Below are positions 42,993 through 57,450 of a stretch of 64,000 nt of DNA, piece by piece. The notes beneath the pieces were generated by a model that saw nothing but the letters and a program-made list of their open reading frames with translations, was not told where the DNA came from and ran no database searches. Made by a program: the position numbers and the translations under genes. The DNA is from the human T2T-CHM13v2.0 reference genome, Homo sapiens, in the NCBI RefSeq assembly GCF_009914755.1, contig NC_060928.1. One strand, 5' to 3'. How positions within the stretch are numbered: the first letter of the stretch is position 1; each line of letters begins with the position of its first letter.

Positions 42993-43510
42993 TGTTGGGA
43001 ACAGCCCCCCCCTCCCAAAATCTGGCCATAAACTGGCCCCAAAACTGGCCATATACAAAATCTCTGCAGCACTGTGACATGTTCGTGATGGCCATGACAC
43101 CCACACTGGAAGGTTGTGGGTTTACCGGAATGAGGGCAAGGAACACCTGCCCCATCCAGGGCGGAAAACCACTAAAGGCATTCTTAAACCACAAACAATA
43201 GCATGAGCGATCTGTGCCTTAAGGACATGCTCCTGCTGCAGATAACTAGCCAAACCCATCCCTTTATTTCAGCCCATCTCTTTATTTCCCATAAGGAATA
43301 CTTTTAGTTAATCTATAATCTATAGAAACAATGCTGAGCACTGGCTTGCTGTCAATAAATACATGGATAAATCTCTGTTCGAGGCTCTCAGCTCTGAAGG
43401 CTATGAGACCTCTGACTTCCCACTCCACACCTCTATATTTCTGTGTGTGTGTCTTTAATTTCTCTAAGTGCTGCTGGGTTAGGGTCTCCCCGACCGAGCT
43501 GGTCTCAGCA
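42993..43510 (+). repeat. 3' LTR (MER9)
   Basis: Direct repeat of 39126-39625, preceded by the PPT. Confidence 0.93.
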
Positions 43511-43647
43511 ATTATTCAAAGATAGTCTCTTATTCATATACAGTAAAAATAATTATGAAATCATTTTTGATCTTAGGGTACCAGTTCCAAGTAAATAACA
43601 AAACAATTAGTTCTGAATCACACACTCCTTCTCTGTTATAAGATCAT

Positions 43648-44016
43648 TGATACGGTTAGGCTTTGTGCCCCCACCCAAATCTCATCTTGAATTGTAATCC
43701 TCAGAATCCCCATGTGTCAAGGGAGTGACCAGGTGGAGGTATTTGGATTATGGGGGCATTTACCCCCATGCTGTTCTCCTGTTAGTGAGTTTTCATTAGA
43801 TATGATGGTTTTATAAAGGGCTCTTCCCCCTTCACTCTGCACTGCTTCCTTCCACCTTGTGAAGAAGGTGCCTTGCTTCCCCTTTGCCTTCCATTATAAC
43901 TGTATTTTCTGAGGCCTCCCCAGCCATGCTGAACTGTGAGTCAATTAAACCTCTTTCTTTATAAATTACCCAGTCTCAAGCAGTTCTTCACAACAGTGTG
44001 AAAATGGTCTAATACA
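43648..44016 (+). mobile_element. THE1 (D-like) solo LTR
   Basis: TGATACGGTTAGGCTTTGTGCCCCCACCCAAATCTC...GGTCTAATACA, with TSD ATCAT/ATCAC. Confidence 0.93.
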
Positions 44017-44303
44017 ATCACCAACAGTGGTTTCTTAGTATTGGCTGAAATGTTTTTAGAGAGAAAGCTAAATCTAAAATTCATAGCAAAAATAATTGCT
44101 AGAAAAACTTAGTGTGATCACTTGATTAGCATTCCTTTTTTATTTGCCTACAATAGAAAAATAAACATTTTAGTGGATTAATATTGTTTTCCCTCAATAA
44201 AGAAAAATCATTAGAATGTATTTTAAAAGTTAGCTTGACAGAAGTTTAAGAATATTTGATGTTAGAATTTGGCTTATGAAATTCATTTGAAAATCTAAGT
44301 TCT

Positions 44304-44641
<338 letters not shown>

Positions 44642-44701
44642 TCAATGTAGCTAAGATGTATTAGAAAACAATAAAAAATTTACAACTAATATGTTGACTT
44701 T

Positions 44702-44950
44702 TGCATTAGTTAGGCTGTAAGTTCAGATGTGTGGACCAGAGACCAAAAATAAATAGTGGATGAAACAGGATTTAAGTTTATTGTTCTTCAACATAAACGT
44801 CCAAGTGGGAAGGGGCTTCTGCTTCACAAAATCATCATAGGCCTGAGGTTCTTCTATATTGTAGTGTCAGCATGCCTAAGAGATTGCCCTCGCCATATGG
44901 CCTCAGATTATCTGCCTCCTTTTCAACATTCTACAAAATGAAAAGGACGA
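44702..44950 (-). mobile_element. Old MLT1-like LTR fragment
   Basis: TGCATTAGTTAGG...CAAAAATAAATAGTGGATGAAACAGG...AAGTTTATT resembles an MLT1J/K end. Confidence 0.4.
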
Positions 44951-47694
44951 AGGTAGAGATATCACAGAACTTTTGTTCAAACTGAGAATGGAAAATGGTT
45001 CTGTTAATAATTACTGTAGAAAATCATGTAAACAAGTCATATGCAGGGTAACCTTGAATATATGACACTGTAGAGAAAGGAGAAGTAGATGGCAAGTCTC
45101 TGTCTCCAAAGGTATAGCCCACAAGTTGCACACGTTGTTTTTCTTCACAAGTGCTTGCCTGCATATTATTCCATTGCCACATATATCTTAAAACTAGGCT
45201 GCAAAAAATCACATCTTTATTCTGGAAAACTTGATATTTAGCTAACAATCCTACTTAAAAATCTCTAAAAAGGGGAAAAATGGATGTGGGCTGGCAAGTG
45301 GCAGTGTCTGCTTCGTCATTAGAAAGTATGCATGGCCAATCATCACATCCCGCCTTTAACAACAAAAATGTCCTTTAAAAATTCATTCTCTCCCTTATTA
45401 AGGAAATGACACTATAAATAGATATTTATATCCAATGATTTAGTTTTCCATTTTCCTTTAAACCCTATACATCTGGCTTGTGATTCAGCAGTGATTTATT
45501 GCACATAAGCATGTGTGACTACGAAAGCAAGTTTTATTTTGGGAACAATTTTAAGTGTTGTTCATTATCCATTTTTATTAAAGATATTTTAGGTGGCCTG
45601 AGTGACATAAGAATATGTTTTATGATGATGTCATTATATGCAAAGCTTTTTGCTAAGAAAAATAAATGAAGATGAGATATGATGGTTAAGACTAAGTTAC
45701 ATTGGCATAAGGAAAATTAATGAAATATTGAGCCAAGGATTTTTTTTTTTATAAATCAGTTAGGAATCAAAGTATAGAATATAATTTAGAGTTAAGTCTT
45801 ATTTCCTGATTGTACAGAATGGAAAAAGAAAAGTTTCTAAAGCCACATACCAAATAGTAAAGTAGACCAAGAATAATACACCATGATTTTCAGAACGCAG
45901 GCTAATTGACAGGGATGAATCACTGGTGAAAATTTCCTTACTTACGAACTCAGTCCCTCTGCTCTCTATCATGATGTCTTTCTTAATTTAAGGTGAAATA
46001 AATTTCATGATTAGTACACTAGATAGTATGTGAAATCATCCTTCCTTTTTACTCATTCCTCTTAAATTATGAAGTAACCAATTTTTTAATAATTTTAGCC
46101 CTTTTATTTAGTTGATAATTTCTCAATTAATTCATATTGTGTATTTGAATTTCTATTCTGCTTAAAAAGTACTCAGAAAATATTCATAGTTTATGCCTGT
46201 AGGCATTCCAGCCAAAATAAGTTAATTAGTTCTATAGAAATACTATAAAAATATGAAGAAAGAAAAATATGCAGGCCCTGCCACTTAAATAGTTATGGTC
46301 TAGTGAAAGATATGATGTCACTGAATAATCCAAGAATTATTGGATTAACAACAACCACACTCATTAGTCAGCCAGTCTTGAGCATCTAGAGTTCCTAGCC
46401 TTGAGAAACTTTATACAGGGCCTGAGATTGAAAAAAAAACAAAAAAGTGAGGACCATAAACTATTTTTTACACTTCTTCTAGAAAGTCCTTTTTGGATTG
46501 TTTGTTTATAAATTCATACTTTCCAGTGGCAATGGTAATTTTCTAAAGTTAATTAACCATTACAGACACATAGTAAGTTTTAAACAATGCTGCTGACTTC
46601 TTTCAGATACTAGTGTCTATTTCTGCATTAGCTTCTCTGAAGCTAAGCTGTTATAAACTCAAAATTATGGCAAGTTCTAAGGCCCTGTATGTGATTATGA
46701 AAATGTTCTCAATGAAGGGCAGGCCTCACACTACTGGACAAATGTATGCTAATATGATTCAGTAGTGGTAAGGTGAGGTTGATTGAATGAGAATACTGAC
46801 TATTACATTGAGGAGGCCGATTTATTTCTATTGTTACCAGTGGCCACAATAAATTTTAAATGAAAATAGTGCCATAAATTAGATTTTAGATATAAGATTT
46901 CATCAGCTTCTTTTGTCTGAGAAATCTCCCAGCACTCTTCCTTCATTTTTAATCCATACATTTGTCTATAAATCTTATATTATAATCATAATCATTTCAA
47001 TAGCTATCACAAATTATTCTATATTAAAAGATAATTATTGATATAAACTTTGCAAATAGTATGTCTAATACCTCAAAAATATTGCAACACAGATTTTATT
47101 ACCCTATTTTAAATATGAGAAAGCAAGTGCTTCTGAGAATTTAAGTGATTTGTCTTACTTGTGAGAGAAGAGGTGGGGTAACTCAGCAAAAGGTAACTTC
47201 TTGCCAAATCTGATTATTCATTACTTTATTCTACAACACCAATTGCCTGGTGAGTATAATGGTTTAGGGGTGAAATAAAAGATTAGGATATTTATTTGCT
47301 TTTTTTACCGTGGTGGATTCAGAAGAAGAACAATAAGTAGCAAAAAATAAGACTTTTAACTACCAAAATAATTAAGCATAAACCGAAGCAGAGAACCAGA
47401 GATGATCAGGAACAGTAAATGCAATTCCATCACATACATCATTTTTACATTTAAATTATATATAGATGCATTATTTATTCTACTTTTCTCTGGGGTTTTT
47501 GTTAACCATAAAGATACTTAGATAAATGGATTAATAAGAATAATAAATATAGATGAGAAATAAATTTCATTTTGCCTGCAGACATTTATTACCTGACCAG
47601 TAAATAAATGTTTCCATATTGCCAATACAGAGTTTGATATTATATATTAAAAATTATAGTCATTGATATAGATATTTTTGAAGTTTTGTACTAA

Positions 47695-48014
<320 letters not shown>

Positions 48015-48363
48015 GAGTACTGCTTTTTTAAGAGTAATTTTAAAAGATAATTATTTTGTATTAGAAAGAATCAGAAGTACAGTTTGTATGTATTAATGCT
48101 ATGTTTTGGTATCAAAATAATTTTTGTTGCAAATTTTATTATCATAGATATATTATTTTAAAAAAAGATTCATTCACTCTGAGTAAAATATAATAAACTC
48201 ACAATTTCATAAATGCAGTCATAATTTATTTCTGTAATGACAGACATTCTATGTAACTGTTTTATATAAACTAATGCAAAAATCAACAAAATATTGTATT
48301 AAAATTTAAATATAAAATAACACTCAATGCAGAAGTCTTGAGAATAAGTTTTAACTAAGTGTA

Positions 48364-48364
<1 letters not shown>

Positions 48365-48401
<37 letters not shown>
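48365..48401. repeat. (CA)n microsatellite
   Basis: Pure AC run of about 18 units. Confidence 0.97.
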
Positions 48402-48403
<2 letters not shown>

Positions 48404-48559
48404 TGGCCTAGACATTCATTAGGAAAAATAGTTTTGATAAGAACCATGAATGCCTCCCATACTCATGGAGTATGCCATACAGAATTGAGATAATGGTGAG
48501 CTAGGAGCCTTTCTGACTCAAACCCTACCTGTTTGAGCAGCAACATAGGTTAGAACTAT

Positions 48560-48712
48560 AGTATCTAGGTTTAATATTTTAGTCCAACACTTACTAGATT
48601 TGTGATTTTTGGAGAACTTATTTAACCACTTTATGTCTCATTTTGCTCATTTTAACAATAGGGACAGTAATAGTGTCAATTCATACAGTTGTTGTGAAGA
48701 AAATAAGATTAG
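48560..48712 (+). mobile_element. MIR fragment
   Basis: CACTTACTAGATTTGTGA...TTATTTAACCACTTTATGTCTCATTTTGCTCATTTTAACAATAGGGACAGTAATAG...GTTGTTGTGAAGA. Confidence 0.65.
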
Positions 48713-51700
48713 TATTTCTAAATATTAGTTCTTTTTATTCTTTTTCATGGCTTGTCTATTCTGAGAAACATTCCTAGATTACTTCCGCACACATCGATTT
48801 CCCTTTTATTAACAATAATATGTATTTATATTAAATATATAGTACCTGACATTTTTGCTTAACTCTTCACATGATTGTATTAGCATTAGAAATGAAGGCA
48901 GAGATCTAATAATGTATAGAACACATGCCATACATGTGTGCACTTCCTATCTTTAGCCCACTATGTAAAAGGTTTTGGCATTTAGTTGCTTTTCTTGGAT
49001 AAAACCAAATAACTAAAACTCCATGAAGGCTAAATTTAAAATGAAAAAAAATCACTGACTCCCCACAAGAAAGTTAGACTATAAAATAAAATGATGATGA
49101 GTTTTTCTATATTTTGCCTGCTTAGTGTAGTGACATTTATGGGAAAGCCAAAACTTTAAATTTTTCTATTTTTTATTTATTAAATTTATACATATAATCT
49201 GATTTAAATTAATTAATATGGAATGAGAAATAAAGTATCAATCATTATTAATCAGTGAGCCAATTCTTTGTACTTAACATTTATATTTGGGTGAATGCAA
49301 AATATAAAAAGAGCTACAAATAAAATAATAAAAAATGTAGATTTAGTGACAACTAAGAAAAATTATGAAAGAGCATAGATAACATTACATTTCATCAAAT
49401 AAAAAATAACTTTGTAATATGTACAAACATTTCTTATTTCCATGTGGGTTTAATATCCTGTAACACAGAAGTTCTCACTCACTGGAACATTATTTTACAA
49501 AATTAAGTATTGTTACATTACTAAAATGACTTGTTTACATTATTTCAAAGGGCACCAGAAATCCAGACATTGACTTTTTTTGTTCTTAAATTAAATGTAC
49601 ATCATTTAGTAATACTATGGAATATATGTGTAATGAAAATTGGAAGAAATACTCTTATTAAGGCTCTTTTTAAGCTTTTGAATGCCCTGGCAGTTATTTT
49701 TAAAATACATTTGTTTTACCACAATCAAACATACTTTCATATTACATTGAGTTCTTATTTGTAAGCAGGATCTAACATTTACCATCTACAATATACTATA
49801 TTTTCTTTATCTATGGGCCTCTTGAGGTGAGGTGGAAAAGGATGACCTGGAACTAAATGAAGTAACTAAATCTTTTTACATTTAATATCTGTACATTGCT
49901 AAGGTCATGAATAAAAATATTCATCATAGGCTGGCCCTAATAAAATTGCAAAGCTCTATTGCGAAGTCTCAATCGTGAACATGCTAATCTTTTGCCAAGT
50001 AAACAACAGTGGCCAATTTTTTCGATCGCACAGAAATGACACCTGACTGCAATTGGAATTTTAGTGCCAAATGGAATTGTAGAAAATAAATTTTCACTTG
50101 TAGAAAATCTTTAAATAAAGCTTTAGGACTCCTACATGGTAAAGTAAGTGTTACAGTAAGCGACACACATAAAACGGTATGTTGGAAGATCTTGCATTCA
50201 GACGACAGGCAAATGTTGTTGGCAAGAATTTAAAACATTTACCACCCTACAATATATTATGATCAAATTAAGATGATTTCAAATATGGGTAGTGTTATTA
50301 CATAGTCATTTTAATTAACAAATTATTTATACAAAATTTATAGGAAGAATTTATTGCTGGGCCTTCCAGTTCTGTTAAAGAATGCCCATAATCCAGGTGA
50401 CCCGATTTAAAATGTCACATAAACCATGCTAACATATGAACATGTGAATCACAATTCTTCTCACCATAAAAAGGAAAGAAAGAATATTACATTAATAGCA
50501 AATATTACCATTTCTATTTAAGAATACTCTAGTGTTTGTTGAGAAACCTCTCCCTCACCAGTGTATTTCTAATTATTTGAAGATTTGAACATGCAAATAT
50601 TGCTGTAATGAATCTCACTTTAATGAAAGAATAGAAAAAGAAATTGCATTCGAAGTGATGGTGATATAGATGGCTACTTCTTTCAGTGTAAAATGGTATA
50701 GGTAAGAGTATTCTTTTTTATTATAACAGATTCTTTCAAGCAGTAAAGCAAAACAACCTTGTGTAAATTGTGTTTTATAAGTAAGGATGTAAAACAGGGA
50801 ATGAATGCATGCAATTTAATGGAAATGGTATCATTAATGGTATAGATTGCCAAATGGAGTTCTCTAGTCTCCAGAAGCTGTGTTTACTACCTTTTCCAAA
50901 GTGACTTAATGGATTTTTAAAACCATGTCTTCAGTTACATTGGTCTTGTTAAATGGAAAGTTTAATTTTAAGCTTCTCCTGATTCCATTTAGTGGAAAAA
51001 TCTCGTTTGCATAATCCCACAGCTATTCTTTATTGGAAATATCTTCTGTAAAACCTGGTTATTCAAGTTTCTCTGTACTTAGATTTGATTGAGGAATTAA
51101 AAATAAATGAAAATGCACAGTTCGACCTTAAGGCTTGCACATTATTTAGGTACATTACTGGAATTGCCTCTAAACAGCTCCAGATCTTCTCAGACTGTAT
51201 AAGAATTAATTAAAATAAGAAAGAGCATTATGATGTAAAAGAATTTAAAAATATATCTTCGAAAATGATACTACCACATATTTTTATTTATTCAGTAGAT
51301 ATTTACTGAATGCCTATTGTCTGTTAGGCAAAGAACCAGAAATTGGGATTACACATTTTGTACACCATTTTTATACACATTTTGAATACCAGATTCCTAA
51401 GATTGCATCGGCATGAACTATTCTGTGTTACATGCTTTGAAAAGTTTTGTATGAAGAAATTACTTTGTCTTCTGAGCTATATAGTACTTGTATTATAATT
51501 AAGTCATTCCAAAATAATAAAAAATCAAAAAAGCAATGTCAGTAAATATAGCATTTATGTTTCTGATCCCAAACAGCAAACATACTATCCCTTCTCTCAT
51601 ATGAAACACACAAAAAATGACAGAAATGAACAAAAATGGTAATTATAGAAATTAAATACACAACTAGGAAGAGAACTGAATAGGAGTCATCTGCTGTGAT

Positions 51701-52769
51701 ATTTTTTTTTTTGTTTTTCATTAATACAGAAAAAATTGGAGGGGTATAGAAAGAGGAGGAGGTGTGGTAACTGAAGGAAAGTGTGGAAGAAACCACAATT
51801 ACAAAGAGAAAGAAGGGACTATGACTTGGAAGGAAAGAATCTGTCTAGAAAAAGCTCTAAATGTTTTTTCCCCCTGAATAAATCTTGACTCAAATGGTAA
51901 ATCTGATGGATTGCTGAAGTGAGCTAATGGGTCTGAAAGCTTAGGAATTAGTTGAAGGGTTGCAATTAACAGTTGACCCTGCCCACTATTTACCCCAAAC
52001 TTAACCCTCAATCTTGACCAGCAGCATCTGTCAACTCCCAGACAGAAAATAAAAAAGTCACAGATTTACTGAAAATAACTAAGGGTTTCCCTACTGTGTA
52101 CTTGATGTGCTATACCAAAACCTCTATATTTATTTACAAATTAGCTACAAAAATTAGCTATTTTTGAGCCAAAGATGCAAGTTGCAGCTCCCTTTTCACT
52201 TACTCTAAAATGAAGACTACCTACCCGTCAAGAAAACTAACCAACAGAAATAGTTCAAAGTAAGTTTTTATGTTGTATTATTAACAAACATGAAGGCCAA
52301 ACAATGATTACCAGTTTTTGAGAAAAGTTTAAAGACCATGTGAAGCAGCAGTGACCAAAATATTACTTCAAAGGAAACAGAATTCAGAAAACAGAAATAC
52401 ATTTGAAAACATCTTTAAAATAATGAAAATTGATAACTTCATGGACGTTTGAGGAGACATAGTATTTATTTCCTTGCTTCTCTATATATACACGAACAAA
52501 AGTCATTAAGAGCTAAAAGCGATTCCCACTGGGAATGTTACTGGAGATGAGGACAGATGAAGGCCAGAGACAGTATTTTTCATTGCAGTCTCATCTGTAC
52601 TATTTAATTTTGATTAGATGTGCATATTAATTTGACTTAGAATTATTAAGCAACTACCAATAATACCCCCATAACAAATTCTTGCACATTTCAAACTATT
52701 CTTCATATTAATTGAAATAATTAAAATATTACAGATATGCCAAATTTAAGTTAATATTGTCCTGCTGCT

Positions 52770-53554
52770 CATTAAACATCTCTAAACTGGATATTTCAAA
52801 GGCAGGTTATTGTAACCATTTACCACCCTACTGACTGTCTCTTAAAACCTGTTTCTTTTCAAAGTTCTGTACCATGTAAAACATTTTCACTACTTAGTCA
52901 ATGTCCAAATGAGAAATTAGAAGCCTAGGAAACATCTTAACCTACTCTCTCAATCACTGTTGCACAGTCAATCCATCATCAGGTACAATTCATCTTTTCT
53001 CCTACAATTATTTCTTATCCAAATATCTCTACACAAGATAAAGCCATCACAGAGACAATTGCCATGGCTTCTTATTCTGTTTATTAGCATTCTTTCATGC
53101 TTCTCTCTGATTCCATTCCTGTTGCAACCAGAGTCATCATTTCAGAATGTGAAACTACTTATTGATGTTATTTCTGTATAATCATCTAATATAAAATTTC
53201 CTTAGCTCCTAGGTGAAAGGCTGACCCCCTTCATGTGGCCCATAAAGCACTTCCTTTCATGACTCCCTGTTCCATCTCATCTCATAGAGTCCTCACACCT
53301 GCTCCCACTCTCTACCTTCTAGCCACTAAGGCCTTTTCACTTTCCATGTTGCCTGCCTCCCTCTTAACTGAAGGAAATTGTATATATTGCTTCATCCTTG
53401 GAAATCTATCTCCTCCCTTCTTACATTGTTAATGCTGACACATAACCTCAATAAAATGTTTTCCCTGTTTCTTCACACTAAAGCCAGAGCTAGTACTCTG
53501 ATGCTTTCCTCCTAAGTATTTAAGTGTGGGTATTTTGGTGATAATTTGATCATT
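52770..53554 (+). mobile_element. LINE-2 fragment (host of the HERV-H insertion; appears to resume at ~58920-59045)
   Basis: Pyrimidine-rich L2-like blocks (TCAATCCATCATCAGG, GGCCCATAAAGCACTTC). An L2 3'-like ACATTTTTGAATAA lies after the provirus. Confidence 0.5.
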
Positions 53555-53559
53555 ATCCC

Positions 53560-53992
53560 TTTCATGTGCATCCGTGTGAAGAGACCACCAAACAGGCTTT
53601 GTGTGAGCAACATGGCTGTTTATGTCACCTGGGTGCAGGTGGGCTGAGTCCAAAAAGAAAGTCAGTGAAGGGAGATGGGGTGGGGCCGTTTTATAGGATT
53701 TGGGGAGGTAATGGAAAATTACAGTCAAAGGGGGTTGTTCTCTGGTGGGCAGGGGCGGGGGTCACAAGGTACTCAATGGGAGAGCTTCTGAGCCAGGAGA
53801 AGGAAATTCACAGGGTTAATCACTCAGTTAAGGTGGGGCAGGAACAAATCACAATGGTGGAATGTCATCAGTTAAGGCGGGGCAGGGCCTTTTCACTTCT
53901 TTTGTGATTCTCCAGTTACTTCAGGCCATCTGGGCGTATACGTGCAAGTCACAGGGGAAGCGATGGCTTGGCTTGGGCTCAGAGGCCTGACA
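53560..53992 (-). repeat. 3' LTR (LTR7 family) with mutated poly(A) signal
   Basis: Direct repeat of 58485-58914. It has CATAAA (53624-53619 on -) where the 5' LTR has AATAAA. Confidence 0.95.
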
Positions 53993-55762
53993 TTACTGCC
54001 TTCTTATATTAATAAGAAAAATAAAACAAAATAGTGTTGAAGTGTTGGGGCGGTGAAAATTTTTGGGGGGTGGTATGGAGAAAGAATGGGCGATGTTTCT
54101 CACGGCTGCTTCAAGCGGGATTAGGGGCGATGTGGGAACCTAGAGTGGGAGAGATTAAGCTGAAGGGAGATCTTGTGGTAAGGGGTAATATTGTGGGGTT
54201 GTTAGAAGAAACATTTGTCATATAGAATGATTGGTGATGGCCTGGATACGGTTTTGTATGAATTGAAAAACTAAATGGAATAAGAGAAGGAGAAAAACAG
54301 GTAAAAAAGGACTAAGAATTGGGAGGACCTAGGACATCTAATTAGAGAGTGCCTAAGGAGGTTCAGCATATTCCTGCCAGCAAAGATGATTTATTTACTT
54401 CAAGAGTTAAGAGTGGCAGTTTGGGGATAGTACGAGGAGATATCAGCTGTGATGGCTTGGAGAAACAGTGTAAACCGGCAGTGTAAACAAGAGCAGGGCA
54501 TGTATGAGTGGTTGAGAACAGTGAATAGGAGTATGAGTAGACAGAAGATAGTAGGGATGACAAGTTATTTGGGGGAAGTTGGTCTGGTGTCTGGAATGAG
54601 ACTGGGGCCTAATAAAAAGTAGCGTCTATACAGGAGCTTAAATGGGCTGTACCTTGTAGCATTCTGAGGATGGGTTTCACTTCTGAGAAGGGAAAGTGGT
54701 AAAAGTATTGTCCAGTCCTTTTTAAGTTGGTGGCTGAGCTTGGTGAGGTGTGTTTTTAATAGACCATTAGTCTGTCACTGAACACTAAGAGCCTGAAAAA
54801 ATGCTTGGCTGATTTGACTGATAAAGGCTGGTCTGTTATCAGACTGTGTAGAGGTGGGAAGGCTAAACGGAGGAATTATGTCTGACAGAAGGGAAGAAAT
54901 GACTGCGGTGGCCTTCTCAGACCCTGTAGGAAAGGCCTCTACCTATCTAGTGAAAGTGTCTTCTTAAACTAAGAGGTATTTTAGTTTTTGTGACTCGGGG
55001 CATGTTGAGTAAAGCTAATTTGCCAGTCCTGGGCAGGGGCAAATCCTCGAGCTTGATGTGTAGGGAAGGGAGGGGGCCTGAATAATCCTTGAGGAGTAGT
55101 AGAATAGCAGATTGAATAGCAGATGGAACACTGAGAAGTTATTTCCTTGAGGATAGATTTCTACGATGGAAAGGAAATGAAAGGTTCTAAGAGGTGGGCT
55201 AGTGGCTTGTACTATCGCATAGCCTGCCTTGGCTAGTGTGTGGTGATTAGGCCTGGTGGAACTGCCATCAATAAATCAAGCGTGATCAGGGTGAGAAACA
55301 GGGAAGAAGGAAATGTGGGGAAATGGGGTGAACATCAGGTGGATCAGAGAGATGCAGTCATGAGGGTCAGGTGTGGTATCTGGAATAATGTGGGAGGCTG
55401 GATTCAAGTCCAGGCCAGGAACAATGGTAATTGTGGGACTCAACAAAGAGTGAGTACAGCTGAAGGAGCCAGGGAGCAGAAAGTATATGCGTCAGGTATG
55501 AAGAAGAAAATAGATTTTGGAAGTTATGAGAAATGTAGAGAGAGAGTTGAGCATAGTTTGTAATTTTGAGGGCCTCTAAAAGTATTAAAGCAGTGGCAGC
55601 CGCTGCACGCAGACATGAGGGCTAGGCTAAAACAGTAAGGTCAAGTTGTTAGGACAGAAAGGCTACAGGGTGCGGTCCTGGCTCTTGTGTAAGAATTCTG
55701 ACTGCACTAACCACGCCTAGGAAGGAAAGGAGTTGTTTTGTAAGGGATTGAGGTTTGGGAGA

Positions 55763-56329
55763 TTAATTGGACACGTTCAGCAGGGAGAGCACGTGTGTTT
55801 TTATGAGAATTATGCCGAGATAGGTAACAGATGAGGATGAAATTTGGGCTTGACTGAAGTAATGGGGGCTGTCTGTGAAGACTTGCAGCAGTACAGCCCA
55901 GGTAATTTGCTGAGCTTGATGGGTGTCAGGGTCAGTCCAAGTGAAAGCAAAGAGAGGCTGAGATGACGGGTGCAAAGGAATAGTAAAGAAAACATGTTTG
56001 AGATCCAGAACAGAATAATGGATTGTGGAGGGAGGTATTGAGGATAGGAGAGTATATGGGTTTGGCACCATGGGGTGGATAGGCAAAACAATTTGGTTGA
56101 TAAGGCATAGATCCTGAACTAACTTGTAAGGCTTGTCTGGTTTTAGGACAGGTAAAATGGGGGAATTGTGAGGAGAGTTTATAGGCTTTAAAAGGCCATG
56201 CTGTAGCAGGCGAGTGATAACAGGCTTTAATCCTTTCAAAGCATGCTGTGGGATGGGATATTGGCATTGAGCGGGGTAAGGGTGATTAGGTTTTAATGAG
56301 ATGGTAAGAGGTGCATGATCAGTAGCCAA
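55763..56329 (-). pseudogene. HERV-H reverse transcriptase N-terminal remnant
   Basis: NSPILPVLKPDKPYKLVQDL, YSVLDLKHVFFTIPL and WAVLLQVFTDSPHYF. The YxDD motif is absent. Confidence 0.9.
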
Positions 56330-56347
56330 GGAGGGAGTAGAGGTATC

Positions 56348-56707
56348 TTATACTTGTGGGTTAAGGTTGGGGGATACAAGAGGAGGACACAAAGGAGGCT
56401 TTGGATTGGGAAGAAGGGTGGCAATGAGATGCAGCTGTAGTTCAGGAATAGTCAGGGAAGCAGATAATTTGGCTAAAATATCTCGGCCTAATAAGGGAAT
56501 TGGGCAGGTGGGGATAACTAAAAAAGGGTGCATAAAAGAGTATTGTCTAAGTTGGCACCAGAGTTGGGGAGTTTTAAGAGGTTTAGAAGCCTGGCTGTGA
56601 ATACCCACAACAGTTATGGAGGCAAAGGAAACAGACTTTTGAAAAGAAGGTAATGTGGAGTGGGTAGCCTCCGTATTGATTAAGAAGGGGACGGACTTAC
56701 CCTCCAC
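56348..56707 (-). pseudogene. HERV-H protease remnant (catalytic DTG altered to NTE)
   Basis: FLINTEATHSTL...PLLGRDIL. Confidence 0.88.
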
Positions 56708-56787
56708 TGTGAGAGTTACCTAAAGCTCGGCATCCGTGATGGTCTACGGGGTTTCCGAGGTGATCGGGCAGCGTCAGTCTTTAGCCG

Positions 56788-57450
56788 CTAAGCCAAGAAG
56801 GAGTCAGTCAGAGAGTCTTGGGCCAGAGTTCCAGGGGCTCTGGGAGTGGCTGCCATGTGAGTTGAACAGTCCAATTTCCAGTGGGGTCCTGCACAGATGG
56901 GACACAGCTTAGGAGGAATCCTGGGCTGCAGGCATTCCTTGGCCTGGTGGTCAGATTTCTGGCACTTGTAGCAAGCTCCTGGGGCAGGAGGTTCTGGAGG
57001 AGCCCCTGGCCGCTGCGGTTCAGGCGTTTGGAAGTTCTTGTGTGCTGGAGATGTGGCTGGGATTTGTCTCACAGTGGAGGCAAGGAATTGCAACTTTTTT
57101 TTTTATTATTGTACACCTTGAAGGTGAGGTTAATTAAGTCCTGTTGTGGGGTTTGAGGGCCAGATTCCAATTTTTGGAGTTTTATTTAATGTCGGGAGCA
57201 GATTGGGTAATAGAATGTATGTTGAGAATAAGATGGCCTTTTGACCTTTTGGGGTGTAGGGCTGTAAAGCTTCTCAGGGTTGCTGCCGAATGAGCCATGA
57301 ACTGGGCTGGGTTTTTATATTTGATGAAAAAGAGCCTAAACGCTTCGGATTTGGATAAAGAAAAAGGAGCATTAACCTTGACTATGCCTATAGCTCCAGC
57401 CACCTTTTTAAGAGTAAATTGCTGGGCAGGTGGGGGAGGGCTAGTCATGG
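56788..57450 (-). pseudogene. HERV-H gag remnant with two CCHC zinc knuckles
   Basis: CYKCQKSDHQAKEC and CPICAGPHWKLDC, with upstream VKVNAPFSLS. Confidence 0.88.

Larger units (their letters stand above)
39126..43510 (+). mobile_element. HERV-K(HML-3)/HERVK9-type provirus with MER9 LTRs, internally deleted (4385 bp)
   Basis: Two LTRs of ~500 bp bounded by TG...CA, perfect 6-bp TSD ATTATT (39120-39125, 43511-43516), PPT AAAGAAGGGGGA, and betaretroviral gag/dUTPase-pro/G-patch/pol/env remnants. Confidence 0.93.

Noticed and set aside
55763-57093. Functional HERV-H gag/pro/pol
   Set aside because: The protease catalytic Asp is lost (NTE), RT lacks YxDD, and the frames are interrupted.
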